64,000 nt of DNA from Eggerthellaceae bacterium (GCA_036553105.1 JAXKBI010000046.1:3215-67214); one strand, 5' to 3'; positions 46,887 to 57,697 are shown, counted from the stretch's first letter. Made by a program: numbers and translations. Notes: generated from the sequence alone by a model not told the origin.

Positions 46887-47867
46887 TCACACCACGATTG
46901 CGGCAATAAGTGGCATTGTTAGAAGGGAGAGGACGGTAGTGATGAACGTTGCTCTTGTCATAGTCAGGGTGTCGCCGCCATACGACAAGCACATCATTGT
47001 TCCTGCTACTGCTGCTGGCATAGCTGCTTGAATGGCAATAACCGAAAGCACGGTTTGGTCGGGAATAACTAAGCCGCCCAAGAAGTAAATCATTAGCGGC
47101 ACAACGAGTAAGCGCAGCGCAGATGATATGAAAGCCCACGCATCAGTAAGCATTTCCTTAATGGGTTGTTTTGATAGCGTCGATCCGATAACCAACATAC
47201 TTAAGGGGATCGTCATTCCTCCAATAAGTTCGCAGGTTTGTCCTATATAGCCCGAATCGGTAATTCCGTACATCGCAAGAAACATCGAAATGAGCGAGGC
47301 GATGAGACACGGGCTTAAAAGATGATGGATAATTTCTTTGAGGCGAAGTTTTAGCTGGTTGTTTTTTTCTTGCCTACTTTTAGGTTTGTTTTCAGAGGCT
47401 GCTGAGCTCAAGATGAAGACCACGCCTACTGAAAACATGAAAAAGGTGTAGGGGATATTGCATATTGCGCCATACAGAACGCCGGTTGAACCAAAAATGG
47501 CAGCTAGTACTGCAAATCCAATTTGGCCAGTGTTCCCAAAGGAAATCAAGAACATGTGGATGCCTTTGGATGCTTTTGGAGCATTTCGGTACATCAGGGA
47601 AACTGCAGCTACCGCGAATAAACAGGTAAATACAGAAGAAAGAGTGGAATATCCGAATGTGGTAATTAGGAGTTCTGAGCTCGGTAAGTTGGTATTGCCA
47701 AGAACCGAATCAAGAATGAGACAGGGTATAGCAAATGTCATGACGACTTGAGATAAGCGGGTATCGGTGTCGTCGTTGAGTATTTTGAGCTTACGACCAA
47801 GAACGCCCAAGATAACAGCCGTGGACAAAACGGCCATTTGCAAAAGAGTATGCTGAAAAACTTCCAT
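46887..47867 (-). CDS. AEC (auxin efflux carrier/malate permease) family transporter
   Basis: FAIPCLI, FGNTGQIG, PLSMLVIG, AMPAA and ITTVLSLLTMP. Confidence 0.88.
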   Translation of the reverse strand: MEVFQHTLLQMAVLSTAVILGVLGRKLKILNDDTDTRLSQVVMTFAIPCLILDSVLGNTNLPSSELLITTFGYSTLSSVFTCLFAVAAVSLMYRNAPKASKGIHMFLISFGNTGQIGFAVLAAIFGSTGVLYGAICNIPYTFFMFSVGVVFILSSAASENKPKSRQEKNNQLKLRLKEIIHHLLSPCLIASLISMFLAMYGITDSGYIGQTCELIGGMTIPLSMLVIGSTLSKQPIKEMLTDAWAFISSALRLLVVPLMIYFLGGLVIPDQTVLSVIAIQAAMPAAVAGTMMCLSYGGDTLTMTRATFITTVLSLLTMPLIAAIVV

Positions 47868-48176
47868 GTGTGAGCCTCCTTGGGCAGCTCAGCGTTTGTG
47901 CGTATATTTCACTCTTGCGTATTGACAAAACAGACGCCCCTTTCTGAATAAGGTTTAGAAAGGGGCTGCCTGTTCTCGCATGGCGCTTTATTGCTACTGC
48001 GGCGCCTAGCTTGAAGGATTTTGATCATGTTTGACATAGTGGCAGACCCGATTGGAATGGGCTTGTTTTTTGGTAATCCTATCAGCGTGTATGCTCCTCT
48101 CTACATGTTTGATTGCGTGTTATTTTAGAGCACCAAAAAAACCGTAGGGACGGGCTTGCAAGCCTATTTTGAAGCA

Positions 48177-48203
48177 TTGCTTATGCGGAATATGCATAAG
48201 CAA
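48177..48203. promoter_or_regulatory. LysR-type operator upstream of the TRAP operon
   Basis: Perfect TTGCTTATGC-N7-GCATAAGCAA (T-N11-A core). Confidence 0.7.
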
Positions 48204-48335
48204 GCGGTTCATTTTGAATGCTAGCCGAAACACGTTCGCGTTTACAATGAGAGACAACTTATTCAGTGGCTTCTAGGGCGCTTTCATCTGGGGATTTGAG
48301 GCGAAGAAGCTTGGGGAGAGAGGGGTGATTTAACT

Positions 48336-48932
48336 ATGAAGATCCTTCGTTGGCTGGATGAGCACTTCGAGTTGGTATTGCTTGCCACTCTACTGGTGGT
48401 GATTGCCTGCGTTGAACTACTTCAGGTAATCTGCCGCAATGTGCCATTTGTTCCAGCCCTTGAGTGGGCAGAAGAATTCTGCCGTTTTGCCTGGATCGCA
48501 TCGGTCTTTATTTCTATTCCTTATTGCGTGCGAACTATGACGCAGTTGCGCGTAACGGCATTGATTGACTTCATGCCATTTAACCTCAAGAACATTGTGA
48601 ACATCGTTGTCGATATATTTACTTTTGTGATTTTGGCAATTATGTCGTATGCCTCGGTCGGGGTCTTCTTCAAGATCCTCGCAAGTGGAGAACTATCTCC
48701 CGCAATGCAGTGGCCCATGTGGGTCATGTATGCAATTGTGGTGATAGGTTTTGTGTTGGGGACTCTTCGTAGCTTGCAAATGGCCATTATACACATTAAG
48801 CGGATTAACGAAAAAACGCTTAGCGCGGCCGAGGAAGAAGCTCAGTTTGAAGTTGAAAATGAGTCGGGCGCTAAGGGCAAAATCGATGATGCCCTTAATG
48901 ACCTGCAACTTCATGAAGGGGGTGCGAAGTAA
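48336..48932 (+). CDS. dctQ: TRAP transporter small permease
   Basis: Four TM segments, WAEEFCRF and SPAMQWPM. Translationally coupled to dctM. Confidence 0.9.
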   Translation: MKILRWLDEHFELVLLATLLVVIACVELLQVICRNVPFVPALEWAEEFCRFAWIASVFISIPYCVRTMTQLRVTALIDFMPFNLKNIVNIVVDIFTFVILAIMSYASVGVFFKILASGELSPAMQWPMWVMYAIVVIGFVLGTLRSLQMAIIHIKRINEKTLSAAEEEAQFEVENESGAKGKIDDALNDLQLHEGGAK

Positions 48933-50221
48933 TGCCAGCAGTAGTTGTTTTCGCCGTATTTCTTCTTTGTATTGCTCTATCTGTTCCTATTGGCATTGCG
49001 ATGGTCGCAGGCAGTCTGTCACCTATCATGTTCCTTGATTCTGGTGGATCAATTAATCAGCTTGTGACAAATGTCTTTTCGGGTGCGAATTCTACGCCTA
49101 TCCTGGCTGTGCCTCTGTTTATTCTTGGGGGCATTATTATGGCAGAGGGCGGCATTTCTCAGAAGTTGTTTAGTTTCTTCGCCTTCTTTATCGGTCGCTT
49201 TCATGGTGGCGTGCCTTGTGCGGTTGTTGTTACCTGTTTGTTCTACGGCGCTATTTCGGGTTCAGGCCCTGCAACGGCAGCAGCGGTAGGAACTATGTGT
49301 ATTCCGTTTTTGGTGGGTCTTGGCTATGATCGCAAATGGAGCGCTGGCATGATCGTTGTTGCTGGCAGTTTGGGTGTAATCATTCCTCCGTCGATTCCAT
49401 TCGTTTTGTACTCACTCGCAACGGGTGTATCGACTGGCGCGTTGTTCCTTGGTGGCATTATGCCGGGTATATTAATTGCGCTTGTTTTGATGGCCTATTG
49501 CATTTTCTATTGTCGTAAAAAAGGCGAGGATCGCGAACGTATCGAAGATGCTATGAATGAACTGAAGGCTGGAGGCTTTGGTCGTCTGTTCCTTGATAGC
49601 CTGCCGGCGCTTTTGTGTCCCGTTATTGTTCTTGGCGGTATTTATGCTGGTTTTGTAACTCCGACAGAGGCCGCATGCATCAGCGTGTTTTATGCACTGA
49701 TTGTAGCTTTGTTGGTTTACCGCAGCATTAAGCCAAAAGATGTTATTGGCATTCTTGCAACGGCAGTGCGTACATATGGCGGGCTTGCTTTTGTTTTGGC
49801 ATTCGCAACTGCATTTGGTCGTGTGCTTGCGTTGACGGGTGCCTCTGCCGCCATTACCCAGTTCATTACCACTTCGTTCGGAAGTGCAGTAGTGGCAATA
49901 TCGGCTTGTGTGGTTCTGTTTCTTATCCTGGGCATGGTGATGGATACCGGTCCCGCTATCATCATTCTGGCACCTATTCTGCTCCCAGCTATGGAGGCCA
50001 TGGGCGTCGATCCGGTTCACTTTGGCGTGATCCTTGTATGTTGTTTGGCGATTGGTCTTGCAACTCCGCCATTTGGTCTCAACTTGTTCGTCGTAAGTAA
50101 TATTTCCGGAGAACAGCCTATGGTCCTCGCGAAAAAAGCACTGCCTTTTATTGCTTCGTTCTTGATTGCTCTCGTGCTGATTGTATACGTCCCTTGGTTC
50201 TCAACAGTTTTTTTGGGGTAA
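48932..50221 (+). CDS. dctM: TRAP transporter large permease
   Basis: LAVPLFI, GAISGSG, IIPPSIP, TPTEAA and TPPFGLNLFV. Confidence 0.93.
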   Translation: MPAVVVFAVFLLCIALSVPIGIAMVAGSLSPIMFLDSGGSINQLVTNVFSGANSTPILAVPLFILGGIIMAEGGISQKLFSFFAFFIGRFHGGVPCAVVVTCLFYGAISGSGPATAAAVGTMCIPFLVGLGYDRKWSAGMIVVAGSLGVIIPPSIPFVLYSLATGVSTGALFLGGIMPGILIALVLMAYCIFYCRKKGEDRERIEDAMNELKAGGFGRLFLDSLPALLCPVIVLGGIYAGFVTPTEAACISVFYALIVALLVYRSIKPKDVIGILATAVRTYGGLAFVLAFATAFGRVLALTGASAAITQFITTSFGSAVVAISACVVLFLILGMVMDTGPAIIILAPILLPAMEAMGVDPVHFGVILVCCLAIGLATPPFGLNLFVVSNISGEQPMVLAKKALPFIASFLIALVLIVYVPWFSTVFLG

Positions 50222-50280
50222 ATGCTGTTGATAAGAGTTGATGCATTGGCGAAAGACAATGTACGAGGAAGGAGAAAAAA

Positions 50281-51396
50281 ATGAGATTAGCTACGTTAAC
50301 GGAAAATGGTAGGGGAAAGATTTCGCGTTGTATTATCGCAACAGTGGGGATTGTTGCGCTAGCGTTTTCCTTGGTCTGCCTCGCAGGCTGTTCAAGCGGT
50401 GAATCTTCGAGTAATGATTCAAAGGGCGGCTCGGGTGATCTCGCAAATCTTGACCCCGTAACCTTTATCGGTGGGGACAGCACTGCGAAGGGAGCTGCTG
50501 GTCAGCTTTGGGCTGAAGATTTCGCAAAGCGTTGTGGCGAGCTTTCAGATGGTAAAATTACTATCCAATGGCATCCTAATGGCGAGCTTGGTGGCGATGC
50601 TGATCAGATTCGCCAGGTGCAGTCGAACGACATCCAGTTCTATGTAACTCAGCCTGCTACTGAGGTGCCTTTTGTTCCAGAATTGGCTGTATTTGACTCT
50701 CCGATGGCGTTTGCCGATTACGATTCTGATCAGATTGAGTCTGTGCTGAATGGAGACAATGAGTTTACTCAGCAGCTCCAGGTGGCATTCGAAAATGCCG
50801 GCTTCCATAATATTGCTTGGCTGCAGGATGGTACTTATCGTGAAACTTCCTCTAACAAGAACCTTGCTACGCTTGAAGACTTTAAGGGATTCCAGATTCG
50901 CACCATGGAAAACAACAACCATATGGCATTGTGGAAGGCCTTAGGTGCAGAGCCTACCCCTCTTGCATTTGCTGAGGTTTACTTTGCACTCCAAAATGGC
51001 ACTGTTGATGGCCAAGAAAACGCAACTGATACCACTGCTGGAAATGGGTTCCATGAGGTGCAGGATTATCTTTGTATGACCCACCACATTCTTTATGCGA
51101 ATAACTTGTTCGTTAATAAGGAGACCTGGGAGTCTTTGGATCCTGCTTATCAGGAAATAATCCAGAAAGCTGCTGCGCAGGCGACTGAAAACATTCGTGG
51201 TCAGCTTGGTGACATCAATGAGCAGAACATTAAGACCATGACCGATGCTGGTATTACCGTCGTCGAGTATGACGCCGATTTTTACGAGCAAATTCGTAAC
51301 CTTGACGGCATCAAGGCTCTAAACGAAGAGATTTCTAAGCAGACTAATGGCTTGAGCGAAACCATGCTCAAGGAATTGGAGGCAACAAAGAAGTAA
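50281..51396 (+). CDS. dctP: TRAP transporter substrate-binding lipoprotein
   Basis: Lipobox LAGC, conserved carboxylate-binding Arg (GFQIRTM), and EVYFALQNGTVDGQEN. Confidence 0.92.
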   Translation: MRLATLTENGRGKISRCIIATVGIVALAFSLVCLAGCSSGESSSNDSKGGSGDLANLDPVTFIGGDSTAKGAAGQLWAEDFAKRCGELSDGKITIQWHPNGELGGDADQIRQVQSNDIQFYVTQPATEVPFVPELAVFDSPMAFADYDSDQIESVLNGDNEFTQQLQVAFENAGFHNIAWLQDGTYRETSSNKNLATLEDFKGFQIRTMENNNHMALWKALGAEPTPLAFAEVYFALQNGTVDGQENATDTTAGNGFHEVQDYLCMTHHILYANNLFVNKETWESLDPAYQEIIQKAAAQATENIRGQLGDINEQNIKTMTDAGITVVEYDADFYEQIRNLDGIKALNEEISKQTNGLSETMLKELEATKK

Positions 51397-51431
51397 ACGC
51401 CTGAGTATCTGCTTGGTTAATGCATTAAGAG

Positions 51432-51464
51432 CAAAAGCTAGTCAGGTTATCTGACTAGCTTTTG
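51432..51464. terminator. Bidirectional intrinsic terminator
   Basis: CAAAAGCTAGTCAG-gttat-CTGACTAGCTTTTG between convergent genes. Confidence 0.85.
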
Positions 51465-51512
51465 TCTACTGAAGCGCTATGGCTCTAAACATGTGATTTA
51501 TAAAAGCAGTGT

Positions 51513-52457
51513 TTATTCGGTTTTTGCGAGAGCAGCGTTTATTTCTTCAATCATCAAGGCAAACGAGGTGTGGATTTCGGAGAGTTCTGCATCGATGGAC
51601 GATAATTTATCTTGGGCTTGTGCGATTTGGTTGTTGATTTGACGACGTCTTGTAATTTTGAAAGGTTTTGTCGACTGAAGCTGCTCGTTGAGTTCTTTGA
51701 TTTGGCCGAGGTATGAATCCCTGTTAGCGTGACCTTCGATGATTTGCAGCTGGTCCTTAATGAATCTTTTATCGGCCTTAATTGAATCGGCTAACTCCGT
51801 ATTGGGATTCTCAGAAAACGCCCAAATCAGTTCTTTTGTTTTGCTAAAGCGTAGTTTGGCTTCATTGTGGGCAGTCTGGCGTGCAATTGTTTCTTTGTTG
51901 AGCGTTTTTTGTAGGGTATTGCGAAAGGTGATATCGTATCTTTCTTTTTTATTGAATGTTGCATATGCCGTATATATCATTCTGTCGTTGGGCATGATGC
52001 CTTGTTTGGAACGTTCGCATAAGTTCGTGCAGAGGTTGATTTCCGACAGGAGCAGATCGGCGTTTAGGTACGGAATTCTTTGCAGAAGGAAAAGCCAACC
52101 GAGCATTATTTCATGAATTCTCTTTGATCCAGCGTAAGGAGTCATCATGAGTGCGGTTTCGAGTGATTGAGCAAGTTGGTTTTTGCGTGCGGCGTATATC
52201 TCAGTCGCGTATTTGTGCCGCATATTTTCGTCTGATGCTTCAAGTGCTACAGCTGCTGCTTCCGCAGCTTGGCGAGCATCAAGAATGCACTGGATAGAAT
52301 CCCAGCCCTTGACTTTAGCTAAGACCATTAATGCTTCTCTGTTTGATGGGCTGACTTCAAGTACCTTGCATGCTTGCCTGCAGGCTTCTTCTGGGCGTTG
52401 TTCTTTGATGGATGCATTCGCCTGCCTTAAAAGGTCGGAAATGGTTTCAGTTTGCAT
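51513..52457 (-). CDS. Hypothetical helical protein (N-terminal TPR-like repeat, C-terminal coiled coil)
   Basis: 314-aa ORF behind GAGGA. EEACRQACKVLEVSPSNREAL resembles a TPR. Confidence 0.65.
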   Translation of the reverse strand: MQTETISDLLRQANASIKEQRPEEACRQACKVLEVSPSNREALMVLAKVKGWDSIQCILDARQAAEAAAVALEASDENMRHKYATEIYAARKNQLAQSLETALMMTPYAGSKRIHEIMLGWLFLLQRIPYLNADLLLSEINLCTNLCERSKQGIMPNDRMIYTAYATFNKKERYDITFRNTLQKTLNKETIARQTAHNEAKLRFSKTKELIWAFSENPNTELADSIKADKRFIKDQLQIIEGHANRDSYLGQIKELNEQLQSTKPFKITRRRQINNQIAQAQDKLSSIDAELSEIHTSFALMIEEINAALAKTE

Positions 52458-52802
52458 GTGCAGTTCCTCTCAGGTCTAGACGCGCTCAGTATTAGGTAGT
52501 TCTATGTTGCGGGTGTTGCGTGCACTTTCAATGTTGCGTTCATCAGCTTGGACCCTAACTACTTTAAGCCTGGATATCGAGTTTTAGTCTGGCATAGGGC
52601 TCCATCATTACGCCTCGGCACGTTTTGCATAAAACCGAACCCTTGTTTCTAGTTTAGCTGTTTGGATGCAATAGCGAAGAGCAACAAAGGTAATTGTAGC
52701 GAGAAGAAACTACTGGTCTGAATGAATGGCGTGTTGCATGGGTGTTCTGATGCTGCCGAATTGCTGATATATTGTTGATTTGCTGGGGGTAATGGAGGGG
52801 TT

Positions 52803-53699
52803 ATGGAAATACAACATCTTAAGAATTTCTGCGTCATAGCAGAATACGAAAGTCTAACTGAAGCGGCGAAGCGGCTTCACGTATCTCAGTCAAGTTTAAG
52901 TAGGAATCTTCAGGCGCTTGAAGATGAAATAGGGGTTCCGCTTTTTGACCGTTTGGGTAGAAAGATCGTAATAAACAATGCGGGTCGTGTGGCTTTGCGA
53001 CGCGCTCGACTTGCGCTTGATTCACTCTCTTCCGTAAAAGAAGATGTACTTAACGTGGCAAGTAAGTCAAATTTAGAAGTAAATTTGTATACGCCTGTTC
53101 CAATGGCTGAATTGATGCCACTGATTTCCGGATTTATACAGAAATATCCAGAAATTAACGTACGCGTAGGGTCGATGGGTACGGTTTACTCTGAACGTCT
53201 TAAGCGCTTTGGGCCGGATATTACGTTTTTTGCAAGTTCAATTGTGCATAAGGAACCGAACTATCTATTGCTCGGTGAAGAAGAGATTATCCTTGCCGTT
53301 TCACCCAATAGTCCGCTTGCTCAAGAAAAAAGTGTTAGGTTGGCAAGTCTTGCAGAGCGCTTTGTGAACCTTCTCCCGAGTGCGCTTTACGACGTGTTTG
53401 CCGATATGTTTAGAGAGGCGGGTTTCAGGCCGCATATTGTGCTTGAGGACCAAGATTTTGTTCGAGTGCTGTGGGCTGTCTCTGAAGGGATAGGCGTATC
53501 GCTTGCGCCAGCTATTACCTGGTTTGGTGCGATGAAAGACCGCGTAAGCGCCTTGCCTATTAGCGATGTTAAACGTAAGCGTTTTCTGTATCTGAAGTGG
53601 CCAGAAAATAAGGTTCTTAATCATGCTACGCTTCGCTTTCGAGCTTATGCGATTGATTATTTTAACAAGAATCATGGATTTACGTGCGGCAAAGAGTGA
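52803..53699 (+). CDS. LysR family transcriptional regulator
   Basis: SLTEAAKRLHVSQSSLSRNLQALEDEIGVPLFDR. Confidence 0.95.
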   Translation: MEIQHLKNFCVIAEYESLTEAAKRLHVSQSSLSRNLQALEDEIGVPLFDRLGRKIVINNAGRVALRRARLALDSLSSVKEDVLNVASKSNLEVNLYTPVPMAELMPLISGFIQKYPEINVRVGSMGTVYSERLKRFGPDITFFASSIVHKEPNYLLLGEEEIILAVSPNSPLAQEKSVRLASLAERFVNLLPSALYDVFADMFREAGFRPHIVLEDQDFVRVLWAVSEGIGVSLAPAITWFGAMKDRVSALPISDVKRKRFLYLKWPENKVLNHATLRFRAYAIDYFNKNHGFTCGKE

Positions 53700-53759
53700 A
53701 CAGTGTAGTGGGCCGCAGCGGATGCATTGTGACTACAAATGCATGAGTAGCTAGAAAAC

Positions 53760-53786
53760 GCTTATGCAGTAGTTGCATGCATAGGC
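53760..53786. promoter_or_regulatory. LysR-type operator upstream of the ydiB-like operon
   Basis: GCTTATGC-N7-GCAT(GCATAGGC), the same half-site as 48177-48203. Confidence 0.55.
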
Positions 53787-53975
53787 GGTCATACTTGCAA
53801 AAAACCTTTTAGTATTCATGTTTATTATTAAAGTGCGAACTGGGAAATAAGGGTAAAAATAGGGGTTTGTCCTTATTGTACTTTTGCATTTTAAACATGT
53901 TGGCTGAGAGAAACAGCAATGCCGATTTACCTTGAGCATTGCGGAATCTCTCGGGAGGCTGAAGGGGGAAATCGT

Positions 53976-54857
53976 ATGACAGCGCAGTCGAAATTCATTA
54001 GTGGACACACTCGTCTAATTGGCTTGTTGGGGAAGCCTATTCGTCATTCCAAGTCGCCTGTAACGCACAGCGTTTCGTTCGAAAAAACGGGCATTAATGC
54101 GGTTTATATTGCTTTTGAGGTTGTGCCTGAGGACCTGCCTCCAATTCTTGATGCAATGCGTGTTATGGATGGTTGGGATGGCAGTAATGTCACGATGCCG
54201 TGTAAACAGGCGGTTATTTCCTATCTAGACAAATTGACGCCGAGTGCGGCTTTAATTGGAGCGGTTAATACGGTCCAGAAGACACCTGAAGGTAAGTTGG
54301 TCGGTCATAATACCGATGGTCTTGGCTTTATGGAAAACCTTCGCAAGTGCGATGTTCCTGTTGAGGGGGCGGTTTATACCCTCGTTGGCCCTGGTGGTGC
54401 GGGTTCTGCAATTCTTGTCCAGGCGGCTCTTGATGGGGTTAAAAAGATCAATGTCTTCGCTCGCGAGAATGGTCCTTCGTACAATCATACAAAGGATTTC
54501 ATGCAGGATGTCATGGATAAAAGTGGTGCAGAAATTGTTTTGTATCCTTTCGAGGATAAAGAGGCAATGGCAACAGCCATTGGCGAAAGTGACGTACTGG
54601 TCAATGCTACGAACGTTGGCATGGGCGAAGGTAGCACTGAGAGTCCGGTGCCGCGTGATTTAATTAAAGAGGGCATGCACGTTGCTGATGTTGTCTATTC
54701 ACCACTCGAGACCCAGCTCCTTAAAGATGCAGCGACAAAAAACTGCAAAGTTATTACGGGTATTGGGATGATGAACGAACAGGCGGCAGCCGGTGAAAAG
54801 ATATGGTACGGCATTGATATGCCCATCGATGAAATAACCAAGGAAATCAATAGCTAG
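53976..54857 (+). CDS. ydiB: Quinate/shikimate 5-dehydrogenase (YdiB/AroE family)
   Basis: GKPIRHSKSP, NVTMPCKQ, GAVNT, GHNTDG, GPGGAG and NATNVGM. Clustered with aroD. Confidence 0.85.
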   Translation: MTAQSKFISGHTRLIGLLGKPIRHSKSPVTHSVSFEKTGINAVYIAFEVVPEDLPPILDAMRVMDGWDGSNVTMPCKQAVISYLDKLTPSAALIGAVNTVQKTPEGKLVGHNTDGLGFMENLRKCDVPVEGAVYTLVGPGGAGSAILVQAALDGVKKINVFARENGPSYNHTKDFMQDVMDKSGAEIVLYPFEDKEAMATAIGESDVLVNATNVGMGEGSTESPVPRDLIKEGMHVADVVYSPLETQLLKDAATKNCKVITGIGMMNEQAAAGEKIWYGIDMPIDEITKEINS

Positions 54858-55030
54858 CGTTTGGGGTCTGTTGCATGACAGAGCATAGTGAGTTCTAGAT
54901 CGCGTTGTGGAGTTCTGTGTGGGGCTTGCTTGAGCAGCGATTAAGTTATGTTCGTTTGCTTTGTCTGCATGTGTTGGAAAACAGAGAAGATTCTCGTATG
55001 CCGAACTGTGGCATAGAGAGGGGAGAGGAA

Positions 55031-56185
55031 ATGGATTTTAAGTTTACCGATGAGCAGGAATTGCTCGTACAGAGTGTCAAAGAGTATGCTGGTCGTTATT
55101 TCGCGCCTGAAGCGGTGCGTGAGATGTATGGCAACCATCAAATAACCCTTGAAGCAGCAATGGCTTATCGTGAAGCGGGCTTTATGCACATGGGTTTACC
55201 CGAAGAAGTCGGTGGTGTTCCTTGCGACAAAACTACCATGGTGTTGCTGTGTGAGCAGCTGCACTATCACACTGGTTGCGTTCTTCCTTTCCAGACTGAT
55301 ATTAATTCGATTACCGATGTAACCGATTTTGGTACTCCCGAGCAGGTAAAGCTCATCATGGAAGCGGTCGATCAGCCAAGTACATCGGTTGCATGTACGG
55401 CCATTTCGGAACCTGGTGCGGGTTCTGACAATAATGCAATGACTTGCCATACTGTTAAGCAGCCAAATGGAACCTATCTTTTGAATGGGCAGAAGACATG
55501 GGTAACGCTTGGCGAATATGCACAGTACGCTATCGTGATCGCAAAGGATGAAAGCCCCGCTTATGAAAACAAGGCATACTCTTTATGGATGGTTCCTAAG
55601 GGTGCTCCAGGTTATACAACTGCGGGACTTCATAAGATCGGTCAGGAAATTGTGCCCTTCTGCGATTGCTTCTTCGACAATGTGGTTCTGATGGAAGACC
55701 AGCGTATAGGTGCTCCGGGTGAGGGTTGGAAGTTGTTGATGCAGAAGTTTGAATTTGAGCGTGTTCTTGTAGTGGCTCAAGCGCTTGGTCAGGCTCAGGC
55801 TGCCATGGATGACGCAGGTGCTTATGTGAGCGACCGTATTTGTTTTGGTAAGCCCATTGGTAAGATATCCGCTATTCAGCATCACCTGGTGGAAATGGAA
55901 GTTGTCCTGCAGAATGTTCGTTCGCAGCTTTATCGCACTGTATGGAAGCTTGATCAGGGTGAATCTATTCGTTTGGAGTGTGCGCTTCTTAAGTACTATG
56001 CATGTCCGAAGCTCGTAGAAGTTGCTGATCGGGCACTTAAGATTTACGCCGCTCTTGGCTATACCGACGAAGTTCGGATTGGTCGTTTGTGGAAAGACAT
56101 TCGTGGCTATGAAATGGCTGGCGGTACGCCTGAGGTTATGGAATACATTGCGGGACGCCAGCTTGTAAAGAAGTATGCGCAGTAG
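55031..56185 (+). CDS. Acyl-CoA dehydrogenase (YdiO/CaiA-like)
   Basis: MDFKFTDEQELL, AISEPGAGSD, LNGQKTWVT, FEFER, R..FGKPI and AGGTPEVM. Confidence 0.93.
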   Translation: MDFKFTDEQELLVQSVKEYAGRYFAPEAVREMYGNHQITLEAAMAYREAGFMHMGLPEEVGGVPCDKTTMVLLCEQLHYHTGCVLPFQTDINSITDVTDFGTPEQVKLIMEAVDQPSTSVACTAISEPGAGSDNNAMTCHTVKQPNGTYLLNGQKTWVTLGEYAQYAIVIAKDESPAYENKAYSLWMVPKGAPGYTTAGLHKIGQEIVPFCDCFFDNVVLMEDQRIGAPGEGWKLLMQKFEFERVLVVAQALGQAQAAMDDAGAYVSDRICFGKPIGKISAIQHHLVEMEVVLQNVRSQLYRTVWKLDQGESIRLECALLKYYACPKLVEVADRALKIYAALGYTDEVRIGRLWKDIRGYEMAGGTPEVMEYIAGRQLVKKYAQ

Positions 56186-56214
56186 TGCCGTGAAAACGTC
56201 TTGGGAGGTTGGCT

Positions 56215-56982
56215 ATGAAGACCATAAGTATTAAAGGGACCGAAATAGGAAATGGGGATCCCAAAACGATAATCTCCGTTATGGGTAAAGACGTGGAAGA
56301 ATGCCTTGAAATCATTGCTGATGGTCGCAAGGCAGGTGTTGAGATGTTTGAGTGGCGAGGAGATTTTAACGACAGTCGTCATGATAGTGCTGAAATGGTA
56401 CGTCAGGGAAAAATCATCTCAAATGAGCTCAAGGATATTCCTATGCTATTTACTTTCAGGAGCGTAAGCCAGGGTGGCAATGATACGTTTGATCCTGATG
56501 AGTATGTTGCTCTCAATAAGGCCCTTATTGAGGCGAATATTCTTGATATTGTTGATATCGAGACATGGATTGGCGACAAGCGCGTTCAGTATCTTGCTGA
56601 TTTGGCACATGAGCACCATGTGTATGCCCTTATTTCTTATCACAACTTTGCGGGAACACCCTCTGTTGAGTGGATGGTTAATCTTATGACCCATATGCTT
56701 GATTTGGGTGCGGATATTCCTAAGGTTGCTACCATGGCAAACGATGCAAACGATGCGTTGAAGCTTTTGGCTGCAACCGAAGAGGTTCATCGTCTTCATA
56801 CTGAAGGACCGCTGCTCACTATGGCAATGGGGAGAGAAGGAAGTATTACTCGACTCGCGGGCGCTTATTTTGGCAGCTCGATTACGTTCTGCGCGCTTCA
56901 TGATTCTTCGGCGCCGGGCCAGGTCCATGTTTCACGGGCTCGTTGCATTATGGATGAGTTCAATCAAATTCTTGGTAAATAA
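56215..56982 (+). CDS. aroD: Type I 3-dehydroquinate dehydratase
   Basis: EWRGD, FTFRSVSQGG, ISYHNF, ADIPKVATM (Schiff-base Lys), MAMG and SAPGQ. Confidence 0.94.
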   Translation: MKTISIKGTEIGNGDPKTIISVMGKDVEECLEIIADGRKAGVEMFEWRGDFNDSRHDSAEMVRQGKIISNELKDIPMLFTFRSVSQGGNDTFDPDEYVALNKALIEANILDIVDIETWIGDKRVQYLADLAHEHHVYALISYHNFAGTPSVEWMVNLMTHMLDLGADIPKVATMANDANDALKLLAATEEVHRLHTEGPLLTMAMGREGSITRLAGAYFGSSITFCALHDSSAPGQVHVSRARCIMDEFNQILGK

Positions 56983-56991
56983 GCGTTTCGT

Positions 56992-57019
56992 CAAAGGGGA
57001 GGGGTGACCCTCCCCTTTG
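56992..57019 (+). terminator. Hairpin after aroD (terminator or stabiliser)
   Basis: CAAAGGGGAGGG-gtga-CCCTCCCCTTTG. Confidence 0.6.
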
Positions 57020-57055
57020 GATGATTTCGTTTGTTATTTGGGGGAGGTGTTCGCG

Positions 57056-57544
57056 ATGGGTGGTGTCGAAAAAATACCCACCGATGTCTTGAAGGAAATT
57101 GTACAAATTGGCGTTGTTGTTCCCGATCTTGATAAAGCGATAGCTAGCGTAAAAAGGATATTAGGAATCGAGCCTGATTGGGTTGAGCATTTTCACTATA
57201 CAGGTGTTGTGTATCGCGGGGAGTCGGTGAGGGCTTCTGCGCGTGTGGCCAGTTACGATCATTTTGGCGTTAACCTTGAATACATGGAACCAACGGGTCC
57301 AGATAAAAGCATGTGGCAAGACTATTTAGATATTGCCCGGAAGAACGGTTACGCAATGCAGCATGTTCGTTTCTCCAATGTTCCCGATAATGATGAAGTA
57401 ACTGCTGTTTTGGCTGGTCGAGGTATTGAAGTGTATCAAGAGGGTAATTCGGTGGTTAATCCTGGTTGTAAATTTACCTATTATGACACCGCAAAAGAAC
57501 TAGGCTTTGTCATCGAGGTTCTTACTGAGCCAAAGAGAGATTAA
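57056..57544 (+). CDS. VOC family protein (methylmalonyl-CoA epimerase/glyoxalase-like)
   Basis: QIGVVVPDLDKAI, LEYMEP, MQHVRF and YYDT...GFVIEV. Confidence 0.85.
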   Translation: MGGVEKIPTDVLKEIVQIGVVVPDLDKAIASVKRILGIEPDWVEHFHYTGVVYRGESVRASARVASYDHFGVNLEYMEPTGPDKSMWQDYLDIARKNGYAMQHVRFSNVPDNDEVTAVLAGRGIEVYQEGNSVVNPGCKFTYYDTAKELGFVIEVLTEPKRD

Positions 57545-57697
57545 TGGTTCGGTATAAGCGGGCTGATGGGTTTTGGCTTTTGGCTCGCGTTTTCTTGCGC
57601 GCGCATTTTAGATTCGAGTTGCATTGCATCTTGTTTCTAGAATGCGCGCGTTGCATTGGGTTGGAAAGCCGAGCTGCTGAATATATTAGGAAGGTCA

